Shown: one piece after another, positions 16,856 to 25,389 of the stretch
How positions within the stretch are numbered: the stretch's first letter is position 1
How the letters are laid out: every line of letters starts with the position of its first letter
DNA from: Alphaproteobacteria bacterium
Lineage (GTDB): Bacteria; Pseudomonadota; Alphaproteobacteria; SHVP01
Direction: 5' to 3'
Length of the DNA stretch: 64,000 nt
Assembly: GCA_038116985.1 (NCBI GenBank)
Contig: JAYOEZ010000003.1
Location: 2,091 to 66,090, forward strand
Notes under the pieces: generated by a model
The model's database searches: none
Told to the model about the DNA's origin: nothing
Seen by the model: the letters and a program-made list of their open reading frames with translations, nothing else
Program-made: the position numbers and the translations under genes

Positions 16856-19177
16856 GTGAAGGCAGGGCTCGGCGCGTCCGTGGCGCGCTACGAAGACGAC
16901 CGTCTGTTGCGCGGACGCGGGCGCTATACGGACGACCATGCGTTGCCGCGTGAGACGCGTGCCGTCGTCGTACGTTCGCCACACCCCGCCGCACGGATTC
17001 GATCGATCGATGCTTCACCATGCCTCGGCATGGACGGCGTTCTGCTTGTACTGACCGGAGAAGATGTCGCCGCTGCCGGGCTTGGATCGGTGCCGTCGAT
17101 GGCGGACTACACGCGCCCGGACGGCAGCCCAATGTTCAAGACAAACAGAACCGTCTTGGTCACCGACGGTCACGTGCGCCATGTCGGAGACCCGGTGGCA
17201 TTTGTCGTCGCAGAGACGCTTTCCCAGGCTCATGCCGCAGCAGATGTGCTCATCGTCGACTACGAGCCGCTGCCGATGGTCATCGATCCCATCGGGGCAC
17301 AGGCGGACGGAGCGCCGGCCGTCTGGGATGGGTGCTCCGACAACGTATCGTTTCTCTATGAAGCCGGCGACGCGCAGGCTGTCGAACGGGGATTCGCAAA
17401 GGCCGACCACATCACCTCGATCGACCTCGTGATCAACCGCGTGTCGGCCGCGCCGATGGAGCCGCGTGCGGCCGTTGGCGACTATGACGCGTCGTCCGAT
17501 CGTTACACCCTCTATTGCGGCGTGCAGAATCCGCATTCCGCGCGGCGCGTCCTGGCGACCCGCTTCCTCAACGTGCCGGAGTCTCAGCTTCGCGTTGTCA
17601 GTCCCGACATGGGCGGCGCGTTCGGCATGCGCTCCTCTCCCTATCCCGAACTGACACTCGTCCTGCACGGCGCCCGCCTGCTGGGTCGCCCGGTAAGGTG
17701 GACCAGCGAGCGATCCGAGAGCTTCATTGCCGACGATCAGGCGCGGGACAATCGTACCCATGCGGAACTGGCGCTCGACAAGGATGGATCGTTTCTCGCC
17801 ATGCGCGTCAGCACTACCGTTGCGCTTGGTGCCTATCTCGCGCTGGGCGGTGCAGGGCCGGCGACGATGAATACGGGCGGCTTGGCTGGCGTCTACCGCA
17901 CGCCCGCAGTCCACGTCGCGGTGACCGGCGTATTCACCAACACGCCCTCGACCTCGGCCTATCGTGGGGCGGGGCGCCCGGAGGCGTCCTACGTGATCGA
18001 ACGACTGATCGACACGGCGGCCCGCGAAATGGGAATCGATCGGATCGATCTGCGACGGCGCAACACGATCGCGCCCGTGGAGATGCCGTTCAAGACCGGG
18101 CTGACCTTCACCTACGATTGCGGCGAGTTCGAGCGCAACCTTGATCTCGCGCTCGCGGAGATTGACTACGCGGGATATGGCGCTCGCGCCAAAGCGTCGG
18201 CGGCAGCGGGCAAGATACGCGGCTTCGGTCTCGCCAATGTCATCGAGCGTGCTGCGGCCATGGGTGAGGAGACCGCCGAGGTGCGCTTCGATCCGTCTGG
18301 CGGCGTTACGTTGTTGATGGGGACGCATTCGCACGGTCAGGGGCATGAGACTGTGTTCCGCCAGCTCTTGTCGGGCCGTCTTGGGCTGGCTTTCGACGAC
18401 ATCCGCTATGTCCAGGGCGATACCGATCTGGTGGCGCACGGCTTTGGCACATTCGGGTCGCGCTCTTCCGGCCTGGGTGGTGCAGCCCTCGACAAGGCTG
18501 CCGACAAGATCATCGAAAAATGCCGCCGCATCGTGGCCCACGAAATGGAAGCCGATGCACAGGATATCGAGTTCGCTGACGGCACTTTTGCGGTGGTTGG
18601 CACCGATCGTCGCATCACCTTGGCAGAGGCTGCGCAACGCGCCTACATGGCTGCGAAGCTGCCGCCTGGGATGGAGCCCGGCCTGCATGAAAGAGCCGCG
18701 TTCGTGCCCGTCGGTGCCACGTTCCCGAACGGTTGCCATGTCTGCGAGGTCGAGATCGACCCGGAGACGGGCGTAGTAGATATTGTGCGCTATGTCGTTG
18801 TCGACGATGTCGGCAATGTGATGAATCCAGCGCTGCTCAAAGGACAGATCCACGGTGGTGTTGTCCAAGGTGCCGGACAGATTCTGTATGAGGACATCGC
18901 CTGGGATTCCCAGTCCGGACAGCAGCTGTCCGGATCCTTCATGGACTATTGCATGCCTCGTGCGTCGGATTTCCCGTTCTTCGAGGTTTCGAGCAATCCT
19001 GTGCCGACCGCGTTGAATCCGCTCGGAATCAAGGGTGCCGGCGAAGCGGGTACGGTCGGCGCCATGCCGTGCCTTATGAACGCGATTGTGGATGCGCTGG
19101 CGACACGTGGTGTGACGCGCTTCGACATGCCAGCCACGCCCTCTCGTGTATGGCAGGCGCTGCAGTCCGCGGGCTAG
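16856..19177 (+). CDS. Molybdopterin-binding subunit of xanthine dehydrogenase/aldehyde oxidase family (form-II CoxL-like)
   Basis: 773 aa with GTG start 6 nt after GGAGG. The N-terminal a/b-hammerhead region is RLLRGRGRYTDD. The active-site loop AYRGAGR (17957-17977) is the form-II/CoxL-like variant, not the AYxCSFR of true CO dehydrogenases. Confidence 0.85.
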   Translation: MKAGLGASVARYEDDRLLRGRGRYTDDHALPRETRAVVVRSPHPAARIRSIDASPCLGMDGVLLVLTGEDVAAAGLGSVPSMADYTRPDGSPMFKTNRTVLVTDGHVRHVGDPVAFVVAETLSQAHAAADVLIVDYEPLPMVIDPIGAQADGAPAVWDGCSDNVSFLYEAGDAQAVERGFAKADHITSIDLVINRVSAAPMEPRAAVGDYDASSDRYTLYCGVQNPHSARRVLATRFLNVPESQLRVVSPDMGGAFGMRSSPYPELTLVLHGARLLGRPVRWTSERSESFIADDQARDNRTHAELALDKDGSFLAMRVSTTVALGAYLALGGAGPATMNTGGLAGVYRTPAVHVAVTGVFTNTPSTSAYRGAGRPEASYVIERLIDTAAREMGIDRIDLRRRNTIAPVEMPFKTGLTFTYDCGEFERNLDLALAEIDYAGYGARAKASAAAGKIRGFGLANVIERAAAMGEETAEVRFDPSGGVTLLMGTHSHGQGHETVFRQLLSGRLGLAFDDIRYVQGDTDLVAHGFGTFGSRSSGLGGAALDKAADKIIEKCRRIVAHEMEADAQDIEFADGTFAVVGTDRRITLAEAAQRAYMAAKLPPGMEPGLHERAAFVPVGATFPNGCHVCEVEIDPETGVVDIVRYVVVDDVGNVMNPALLKGQIHGGVVQGAGQILYEDIAWDSQSGQQLSGSFMDYCMPRASDFPFFEVSSNPVPTALNPLGIKGAGEAGTVGAMPCLMNAIVDALATRGVTRFDMPATPSRVWQALQSAG

Positions 19178-19806
19178 TCGGTAGCGGGCTTGTGGATTCC
19201 GGCTTCCAGAGCGATCTGGACCAGGCCGGCGATCGAAGGCGCCTCCATCTTCTTCATCATGCGCATCCGTTGCACTTCGACCGTACGTGGCGACGTGTCC
19301 AACTCGCGCGCAATTTCCTTGTTGGACAAGCCATCGACCACCATTTCGAGCACGGTTCGCTCCCGCTCGGTCAATGAGTCGAGGCGCGACATGATCTCGG
19401 CCTTGCCGCGGTGGCGGTCTCTGTTCTCGGCATCCGAACTGATGCACTTCTGAATGGAATCGAGGAGATCCTGGCCGCGAAATGGCTTTTCCACGAACTC
19501 GAAGGCGCCGCTGCGCATGGCTTCCACTGTCATCGGAATGTCGCCGTAACCCGTCAGGATGATAACCGGCGGCGGCACGGGATGCGTCTGAAGCTGCTTT
19601 TGTATGTCCAGTCCACTCGTCCCGGGCATCCGGACGTCGAGGATGACGCAGCCCGGCAAGTCTGGCGAATACGCCTCAAGAAAGGCGTAGCCGGTCTCGA
19701 ACGACTGCGCATCAAGGCCCACGGTCTTGACGAGGTCGACGATCAGTTCGCGAATGTCCTCGCTGTCGTCGACAACGAAGACGGTTGGTGTTGTGTCCAG
19801 ACTCAT
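19174..19806 (-). CDS. FixJ/NarL-family response regulator
   Basis: Receiver domain (VFVVDDSEDIRE...VILDVRMPGTSGLD) plus LuxR-type HTH (LTERERTVLEMVVDGLSNKEIARELDTSPRTVEVQR). No histidine kinase gene adjacent. Confidence 0.9.
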   Translation of the reverse strand: MSLDTTPTVFVVDDSEDIRELIVDLVKTVGLDAQSFETGYAFLEAYSPDLPGCVILDVRMPGTSGLDIQKQLQTHPVPPPVIILTGYGDIPMTVEAMRSGAFEFVEKPFRGQDLLDSIQKCISSDAENRDRHRGKAEIMSRLDSLTERERTVLEMVVDGLSNKEIARELDTSPRTVEVQRMRMMKKMEAPSIAGLVQIALEAGIHKPATD

Positions 19807-19940
19807 CCGCTCTCCCTGCAGCCTTGCCCCCCGGCCGCTTGGAACGAGGCATCAATTGTGGTCTCTGGAGCAGCAGATTTTCAGAGCCGCGGCTGGCGGC
19901 AATTCCAAGCTTCGGGCAGACTTTGCCGGTGGTAAAGCGC

Positions 19941-20639
19941 GTGCATCTTGTTGTTTTTGGTCCGGGAACGCCATTCACGGCGGCGTTGGAGGCAGCGTTG
20001 GCCGATGTCGCCGACGCCGTGGAGGTTCATAGCGCCCTTAATGCGCCGCCTTCCGTCGACGGCTGTGATGTCGTCATCGTGGCCGCGCACGCCCATGCGC
20101 TTGATGGGGGCCGTCCAGGCGCACGGCCAGCGGTGTCTGTCGATCTATCGAAACAGGCACGTGTCATTCAGCTCGCGCCGTGGCTGCGCGACGGCAACGA
20201 GTCAGATGCGGGGCCCCAGGGCGCCACGCTCCGATTGGGGCACGTCCTCACGGGCACCGATCCACTCCTCATTCGCTGGCGCAAGGCTCTTGAGGAGGGC
20301 GTCCCTGTGGCACCGCTTAATGTGCCCTGCGCCCCGCTGGATTGCGCAGTGGCGGTCAGAGCGGTGATGAGTCTGGTCATTGAAAAGGAGACCGGACAGT
20401 TCGCCATCAGCGCCCCCGACGAGGTGCGCTTCGCAGAGATCGCGGAAGGGATAAACAAGAGGCTCGCGCTGCCGGCGGACAGAATTGTGCCATCGGACCT
20501 CGAGCCGGCGGCCTTTGCGCTCGCTGACTGGCCCAGCACTGCGGTTCTGCACAGCAGTCCGTGGTTTGCCCGACGCGGCATCGTCGCACGACCCGCACGC
20601 CAGGTCGTTGGCGACGCGTTGCAACGGTTGTTCGGCTGA
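19941..20639 (+). CDS. Hypothetical protein, possibly a degenerate NAD(P)-binding/epimerase-like fold
   Basis: Track ORF is 19785..20639. I prefer the in-frame GTG at 19941 (VHLVVFGPGTPFTAALEAAL, weak GxGxxF Rossmann-like start). The rest has no motif I can name, and the start is uncertain. Confidence 0.4.
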   Translation: MHLVVFGPGTPFTAALEAALADVADAVEVHSALNAPPSVDGCDVVIVAAHAHALDGGRPGARPAVSVDLSKQARVIQLAPWLRDGNESDAGPQGATLRLGHVLTGTDPLLIRWRKALEEGVPVAPLNVPCAPLDCAVAVRAVMSLVIEKETGQFAISAPDEVRFAEIAEGINKRLALPADRIVPSDLEPAAFALADWPSTAVLHSSPWFARRGIVARPARQVVGDALQRLFG

Positions 20640-20674
20640 TTGTGCTAAATTGAATCGCGGATCGGGACCGGCGA

Positions 20675-20751
20675 TGGCGCGCCCGGCAGGATTCGAACCT
20701 GCGACCCCAGGATTAGGAATCCTGTGCTCTATCCTGCTGAGCTACGGGCGC
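20675..20751 (-). tRNA. tRNA-Arg (anticodon CCT)
   Basis: Reverse complement reads GCGCCCGTAGCTCAGCAGGATAGAGCACAGGATTCCTAATCCTGGGGTCGCAGGTTCGAATCCTGCCGGGCGCGCCA. It has a 7-bp acceptor stem, D arm, anticodon loop TTCCTAA, T arm GGTTCGAATCC and an encoded CCA. Confidence 0.95.
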
Positions 20752-20832
20752 CTGGTTTCGTTCTAGGATGGCAGCCGGATAGCGTCAACGGGCCGGCCGC
20801 GTTCCGGCCTTGCGCATGGTCATGAGGTTCGT

Positions 20833-22296
20833 GTGATTCAGCGGCGTATCGTTCAAGTCCTGACGGTTCTTGCGGCCATAGCCTTCACGGCGACGGGCTG
20901 TACCACCAACCCTGCGACGGGCGAGAGCAGTTTTACGCTCTTCATGTCACCATCCGACGAGGTGCGGGTTGGCGCGCAGGAACATCCGAAGATCCTGGCG
21001 CGTTTTGGTGGCGTGTACGACGACCCGGCGATTGGCGGATATGTCGCCGAGATTGGCGGCAGGCTTGTCGCGAACTCCGAGATGCCGGGGTTTCCGTTCA
21101 CTTTCACCGTCCTGAACTCGCCTGACGTCAATGCCTTCGCGCTGCCGGGCGGCTACGTCTATGTGACGCGAGGCCTGCTGGCGCTGGCCAATACCGAGGC
21201 CGAGCTCGCCGCCGTGATCGGTCATGAAATCGGTCATGTCGTCGCGCGACACACAGCGCAACGCTACAGCCAGGCAGTTGCTGCAGGTCTGGGCGCGGCC
21301 GTGCTGGGTGCCGTCGTCGGCGGTGAAGCGGAACAGCTGGCGCAGCTCGGGAGCGAGCTTTACCTCGCCAGCTACTCGCGCGACCAGGAGTTTCAGGCAG
21401 ACGAGCTTGGCATTCGCTATACCGGGAATGCCGGCTATGCCCGTTCGGGAATGGCCGATTTTCTCGAACATCTCATCCGCAACAAGGCGTTGCAGGAAAA
21501 GATTCTTGAGCAAGACCTACCGGATGCGGACTTCTTCTCAACCCATCCCAATACGCCACAGCGCGTCGCGCGTGCCGCGGGTCTGGCTGGCGGGAACGGC
21601 GGTGTCGTCCGGCGCGATGAACTCCTCAACGAACTCGCAGGCATGGTCTTTGGCGACGATCCGAAGCAGGGTCTGATCAAGGGCCAGGCGTTCTTCCATC
21701 CGGACCTCGGCCTTGCATTTGAGGCGCCACCGGGATTTCGTTTGGTCAATACCCAGGAAGCGGTATACGCGCGCCAACGTAATGCCGCCATCGTGCGTTT
21801 CGATGTTGCCCGGCGCGATGAATCGCACCCGGATCCCTTCATCTACATGAGCCAGATTTGGGCGCCCAACCTGAGGCTCAGCGAGGCGGAGCGCATCACA
21901 GTCAACGGCATGCCGGCCGCCACGGCAGCGGCGCGAGTCAGCGGCGCCTTCGACGACTATCGTGGACCGCTCGATGCACGCCTAGTGGTGGTTCAGTTTC
22001 CGGAGAACCGCCTCTACCGGATGTTGTTTTTGTCGGTCCCGGCGCGAACAGCGTCATTTGCGACAGATTTTCGGCGGATGACCTATTCGTTGCGTCGTCT
22101 GAGTGAGTCCGAAACCGCAGACCTTGTGCCACTGACCGTAGAATTGCTCCGGGTCGGACAGCAGGACACCGTGGAGTCGCTTGCCGCCGGGCTGCCGTTT
22201 CCCGATCTAAGGGTTGAACGCTTTCGCGTTCTCAATGGGCTCGATCCGGGAGAGTCCCCGGCACCCGGAGCACTGGTCAAGATCATCGCCGAATAG
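20833..22296 (+). CDS. M48-family zinc metalloprotease, probable lipoprotein
   Basis: HExxH motif (VIGHEIGHVVARH), a downstream E (QEFQADELG) and a lipobox-like N-terminus (LAAIAFTATGCTT). Confidence 0.85.
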   Translation: MIQRRIVQVLTVLAAIAFTATGCTTNPATGESSFTLFMSPSDEVRVGAQEHPKILARFGGVYDDPAIGGYVAEIGGRLVANSEMPGFPFTFTVLNSPDVNAFALPGGYVYVTRGLLALANTEAELAAVIGHEIGHVVARHTAQRYSQAVAAGLGAAVLGAVVGGEAEQLAQLGSELYLASYSRDQEFQADELGIRYTGNAGYARSGMADFLEHLIRNKALQEKILEQDLPDADFFSTHPNTPQRVARAAGLAGGNGGVVRRDELLNELAGMVFGDDPKQGLIKGQAFFHPDLGLAFEAPPGFRLVNTQEAVYARQRNAAIVRFDVARRDESHPDPFIYMSQIWAPNLRLSEAERITVNGMPAATAAARVSGAFDDYRGPLDARLVVVQFPENRLYRMLFLSVPARTASFATDFRRMTYSLRRLSESETADLVPLTVELLRVGQQDTVESLAAGLPFPDLRVERFRVLNGLDPGESPAPGALVKIIAE

Positions 22297-22299
22297 CGC

Positions 22300-23103
22300 C
22301 TAGATCTCGATCCAGTCGCTCGCCGATCCGTCCGGATGGAAGCATGCCGTAGCGAGCCTACCGCCGTAGCCGCATCCGGCGTCGACGGTCGCCGTCCACT
22401 TGTTCATTGCCAGGCCCGCGTGTTTGCGGTCGAAACCGCGCACGACCATCTGTACGTCGCCATAGAGCCCTTCCATCGCGCTGAAATAGCCCGAGCCCCA
22501 CCACAGGGCGTCGGCTTGCTGGGAAAGCGGTCGGTTGGGGTCGATGCCCGCGTGTACGAACAATAGGCGCTTGTTCTCGGTATAGGCCGCGCGTTTTACG
22601 CTGTTGAGAAGATCGTCATGACCTGCGCGTCGCTGCATGCTTGCGCGAAGGCCGTTGGTCCATCGCGTGACGGCGATAGCGCCCTCGCCGAGCAGCGATC
22701 GTGCTTCGTCGAGTCGACCTCCGTACGCCTCCAGCGTCGCATCGACACCCTGTTTCATCATCCACTCGAACACTTCGCGTGGATTTGGCGCGAATTGCAT
22801 CTGAAGAAGTTTCTGCCACATTTCTTCCTGCGCGCCGCGCAGGTAGACGAAGTCGCCGGGTTCCATACCAGGAACAAACATGCGACGACGGAAAGCCAGC
22901 GCTTCGTCGACGGTATCGAGTATTCCCGGACCGACGCCGATCAGGTTGCCAAGGTAGACGAACCTGTCGCCAGGCTCGACGCGGGCGGCAATTTCCTCGT
23001 GCAGAGACTTCAGACGCTCGCTGTCGCCATGCACGGCACCGATGGCCCACACGCGCCGTACGGCGGTCAGCTTGGCGAAGGCATCGCTTTCGACGTCGAT
23101 CAT
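22300..23103 (-). CDS. Metallophosphoesterase (PrpA/ApaH-like) homologue with substituted metal-binding motifs
   Basis: 267 aa with the overall calcineurin-like layout (RVWAIGAVHGD..., VYLGNLIGVGP, YLRGAQEE, LLFVHAG, VVRGFDR, VDAGCGYGG). The canonical GDxHG / GDxxDRG / GNHE / GH ligand positions look replaced. Confidence 0.65.
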   Translation of the reverse strand: MIDVESDAFAKLTAVRRVWAIGAVHGDSERLKSLHEEIAARVEPGDRFVYLGNLIGVGPGILDTVDEALAFRRRMFVPGMEPGDFVYLRGAQEEMWQKLLQMQFAPNPREVFEWMMKQGVDATLEAYGGRLDEARSLLGEGAIAVTRWTNGLRASMQRRAGHDDLLNSVKRAAYTENKRLLFVHAGIDPNRPLSQQADALWWGSGYFSAMEGLYGDVQMVVRGFDRKHAGLAMNKWTATVDAGCGYGGRLATACFHPDGSASDWIEI

Positions 23104-23169
23104 CGGCGGGCTGGCTTTCGGCGGTCGCGACGCAAGCGCCGCAAAAGGCTACCAGGCCGACGAATTTGG

Positions 23170-23949
23170 TCAGGCGGCCTGGAGGACCTTCTGAAGACGC
23201 TCTTGGGCAGCATCTTCGTCGATTTTCTCAACCGCCGCGACCTCTCGGACCAAACGATCGAGTGCCGCTTCATAAATCTGTCGCTCGCTGTACGACTGCT
23301 CCGGCTGATTGGCATTGCGGTGAAGGTCTCGGACCACCTCCGCGATCGCGATGGGATCGCCAGAATTGATCTTGGCCTCATACTCTTGGGCGCGGCGGCT
23401 CCACATCGTGCGCTTGACGCGAGCGCGCCCCTTCAACGTCGTCATGGCTTCATCCATGACTTTCGGCGAGGCGAGCTTGCGCATGCCTGACGTGTCGACC
23501 TTCGCGGTCGGAACGCGCAGAATCATCTTGTCCTTGTCGAACTCGACCACAAACATCTCGAGGTCGATTCCCGAGATCTCCTGGCGTTCGATTGCGGTGA
23601 TCCTCCCGACACCGTGAGTCGGGTAGACGACAAAGTCGTTGACTGAAAACGGCAACTTCTTTCTGGGCTTGTCTGCCTTGACCACTGGTTTTTCTTTTTC
23701 CTTGGACTGAGCGGGTGCTGGAGGTGGCGCCTTTGGGGGCGTAGGCGGCTTGACGACGGCCTTCTTGGCCGCCGGCTTTGACTGGGGTTTCTTTGCCGGT
23801 GACGCCTTCGCGACTTTCTTGGGCGCGGCCTTCTTGGCCGGAGTCTTCTTCGATTTCGATGCTTCTTTGGCCTTCTTGGCAACTGGCTTCTTTGCCTTTT
23901 TGGCGGCCTTCTTGTTCGCAGCGGCAGCCTTCTTCTTGGTCTTAGCCAT
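23170..23949 (-). CDS. CarD/CdnL-family RNA-polymerase-binding regulator with Lys/Ala/Pro-rich N-terminal extension
   Basis: The C-terminal approximately 160 aa is a clear CarD_CdnL_TRCF domain (FSVNDFVVYPTHGVGRITAIERQEISGIDLEMFVVEF...RVPTAKV...AEVVRDLHR). Residues 1-98 are KKAA/PAKK low complexity. A shorter product from an in-frame GTG at about residue 89 cannot be excluded. Confidence 0.85.
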   Translation of the reverse strand: MAKTKKKAAAANKKAAKKAKKPVAKKAKEASKSKKTPAKKAAPKKVAKASPAKKPQSKPAAKKAVVKPPTPPKAPPPAPAQSKEKEKPVVKADKPRKKLPFSVNDFVVYPTHGVGRITAIERQEISGIDLEMFVVEFDKDKMILRVPTAKVDTSGMRKLASPKVMDEAMTTLKGRARVKRTMWSRRAQEYEAKINSGDPIAIAEVVRDLHRNANQPEQSYSERQIYEAALDRLVREVAAVEKIDEDAAQERLQKVLQAA

Positions 23950-24175
23950 TACTTCGCCTTGTCGCTTTCATTTCTGAAAGGATCTGTTGCCTGGTATCCG
24001 AAAGGGGCACCGGCTTTCGCTGCCCCGGCGTAGGACCACTTTTTCGGGTAAGAATCAAAGAAGCACTACCTGTGGTTCCTGACCGCGGGCCCCGCATATT
24101 CGGCTGGATGTATCATAAACTGCCGTCACGCGCCACGGCGCGGCGCGTAGGGCGGGCGCGGGCTAAAGACCGTGC

Positions 24176-24511
24176 CTAGGAACCGCCTGGATTTGCCGTG
24201 AAATATTTGTCGAACTTGCCTTCCTGGCCGCGGAAGTCCGCCTCGTCAGCCGGAACCTCACCCTTTTGGGTGATATTCGGCCACTTGGCCGAGTACTCGG
24301 CGTTTAGCTCGATCCAGGGCTGCGACTGGTCGTCGGTGTCGGGCAGGATCGCCTCGACCGGGCATTCGGGCTCGCAGACGCCGCAGTCGATACACTCGTC
24401 CGGGTTGATGACCAGCATCACTTCGCCCTCGTAGAAGCAGTCCACCGGACACACCTCAACGCAATCCTGAAGTTTGCATTTGATGCAGGCGTCGTTAACC
24501 ACGTACGTCAT
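24176..24511 (-). CDS. fdxA: 7Fe ferredoxin (3Fe-4S + 4Fe-4S)
   Basis: [29 protein letters not shown]...[12 protein letters not shown] shows the classic FdxA cysteine pattern. 111 aa. Confidence 0.95.
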   Translation of the reverse strand: MTYVVNDACIKCKLQDCVEVCPVDCFYEGEVMLVINPDECIDCGVCEPECPVEAILPDTDDQSQPWIELNAEYSAKWPNITQKGEVPADEADFRGQEGKFDKYFTANPGGS

Positions 24512-24582
24512 TGCTGGTCTCCACTTTTGACGACGGCAGAGCCTAGCCGAGACGCACTGCCGGTTCCAGATTTTTTGATGGC

Positions 24583-25062
24583 CTAGGTCAGTCCGAGTCG
24601 GTCGCGCACCCGCCGTCGCGCAGCACCGGATTCCTGATCGGTCACGTAGAGAAGCCCGGAGACGCGCCGCATCAGATTGGATTCGAACGCGTGTTCCTCG
24701 CCGTCGGCAAAGACGACTTCCCAGAGCATTTCCAGCAACGCAATACGGTCTTCGTGACTGCTGTTGTCTTTGATGTCTCTTGTGAAATGGAGAATCTGGC
24801 TCGCATCTTCTTCGGCTTGCCTAGCGTCTTCCAATAGAGCCGCTGCATCGTCTCCCGACAGGCCGAAGCGCTCTTCGATCAGCGACGCGATCACCCGCTC
24901 CTCCGACGCATCCACAGAGCCGTCGAGTGAAGCGGCATGGAAGAGAAGAGCGGCCGCCGCAAGCGGCCTGGCCTCGTCGTCGGTTTTGATCTGTTCTGAG
25001 GGCGACGATGCCTGTAGCAAGTCGCGGAGACGTCCGAGCATGGTTCGTCGTAGCAACCTCAC
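24583..25062 (-). CDS. TerB-family (tellurite-resistance-like) protein
   Basis: 159 aa with a TerB-like helical pattern ([23 protein letters not shown]...[32 protein letters not shown]). The start may instead be the ATG at 25041. Confidence 0.7.
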   Translation of the reverse strand: MRLLRRTMLGRLRDLLQASSPSEQIKTDDEARPLAAAALLFHAASLDGSVDASEERVIASLIEERFGLSGDDAAALLEDARQAEEDASQILHFTRDIKDNSSHEDRIALLEMLWEVVFADGEEHAFESNLMRRVSGLLYVTDQESGAARRRVRDRLGLT

Positions 25063-25071
25063 CGACCGAGA

Positions 25072-25389
25072 TCAAGCGTGCCGCTCTTGAGGTTGCGGTC
25101 CGGGGGCATCGGCAGCCGCGTTCTCGGCCAACTCGGTATAGAGGCCGACGGCCTCGCTCGCCGGACCGCGGCGTTCTCCCAGAGCTGCAATCCGGATCAC
25201 CTTGATGCGCCCGCGATGCGGGAGCGTCACGAAGTCGCCAATCCTGATGACTCGACTGGCTTTGCGAACCACAGCGCCGTTAATCCGGATGCGGCGCTTC
25301 TCGCAGGCGCGGGAGGCGAGGCTGCGTGTTTTGTAGAAGCGCGCATACCAAAGCCAGAGATCGAGGCGTAGCGACTCGTTGCTAGTCAT
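25072..25389 (-). CDS. S4-domain RNA-binding protein (Hsp15-like)
   Basis: 105 aa. LRLDLWLWYARFYKTRSLASRACEKRRIRINGAVV is an S4 alpha-L motif. The start overlaps the helicase stop (ATGA). Confidence 0.8.
   Translation of the reverse strand: MTSNESLRLDLWLWYARFYKTRSLASRACEKRRIRINGAVVRKASRVIRIGDFVTLPHRGRIKVIRIAALGERRGPASEAVGLYTELAENAAADAPGPQPQERHA

Noticed and set aside
17015-19447. 810-aa ORF on the minus strand, the longest 'extra' ORF in the track
   Set aside because: It lies entirely antisense to the CoxL-like gene and the response regulator. Its composition is Arg/Gly/His/Asp-rich with no motif. Long antisense frames of this kind are expected in high-GC DNA, and the plus-strand product has unambiguous Mo-hydroxylase motifs.
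16856-20751. Possible tRNA-Arg-associated genomic islet (CoxL-like, orphan regulator, hypothetical protein next to the tRNA)
   Set aside because: There is no integrase, no direct repeat of the tRNA 3' end, no mobility genes, and no obvious compositional break by eye. The tRNA is probably just a neighbour.
24128-24148. Hairpin ACGCGCC-N7-GGCGCGT about 30 nt downstream of the fdxA stop as an intrinsic terminator
   Set aside because: The stem is perfect (7 bp) but is not followed by a U-run on the minus strand, so I cannot support it as a Rho-independent terminator. It may still be a structural element in the carD upstream region.
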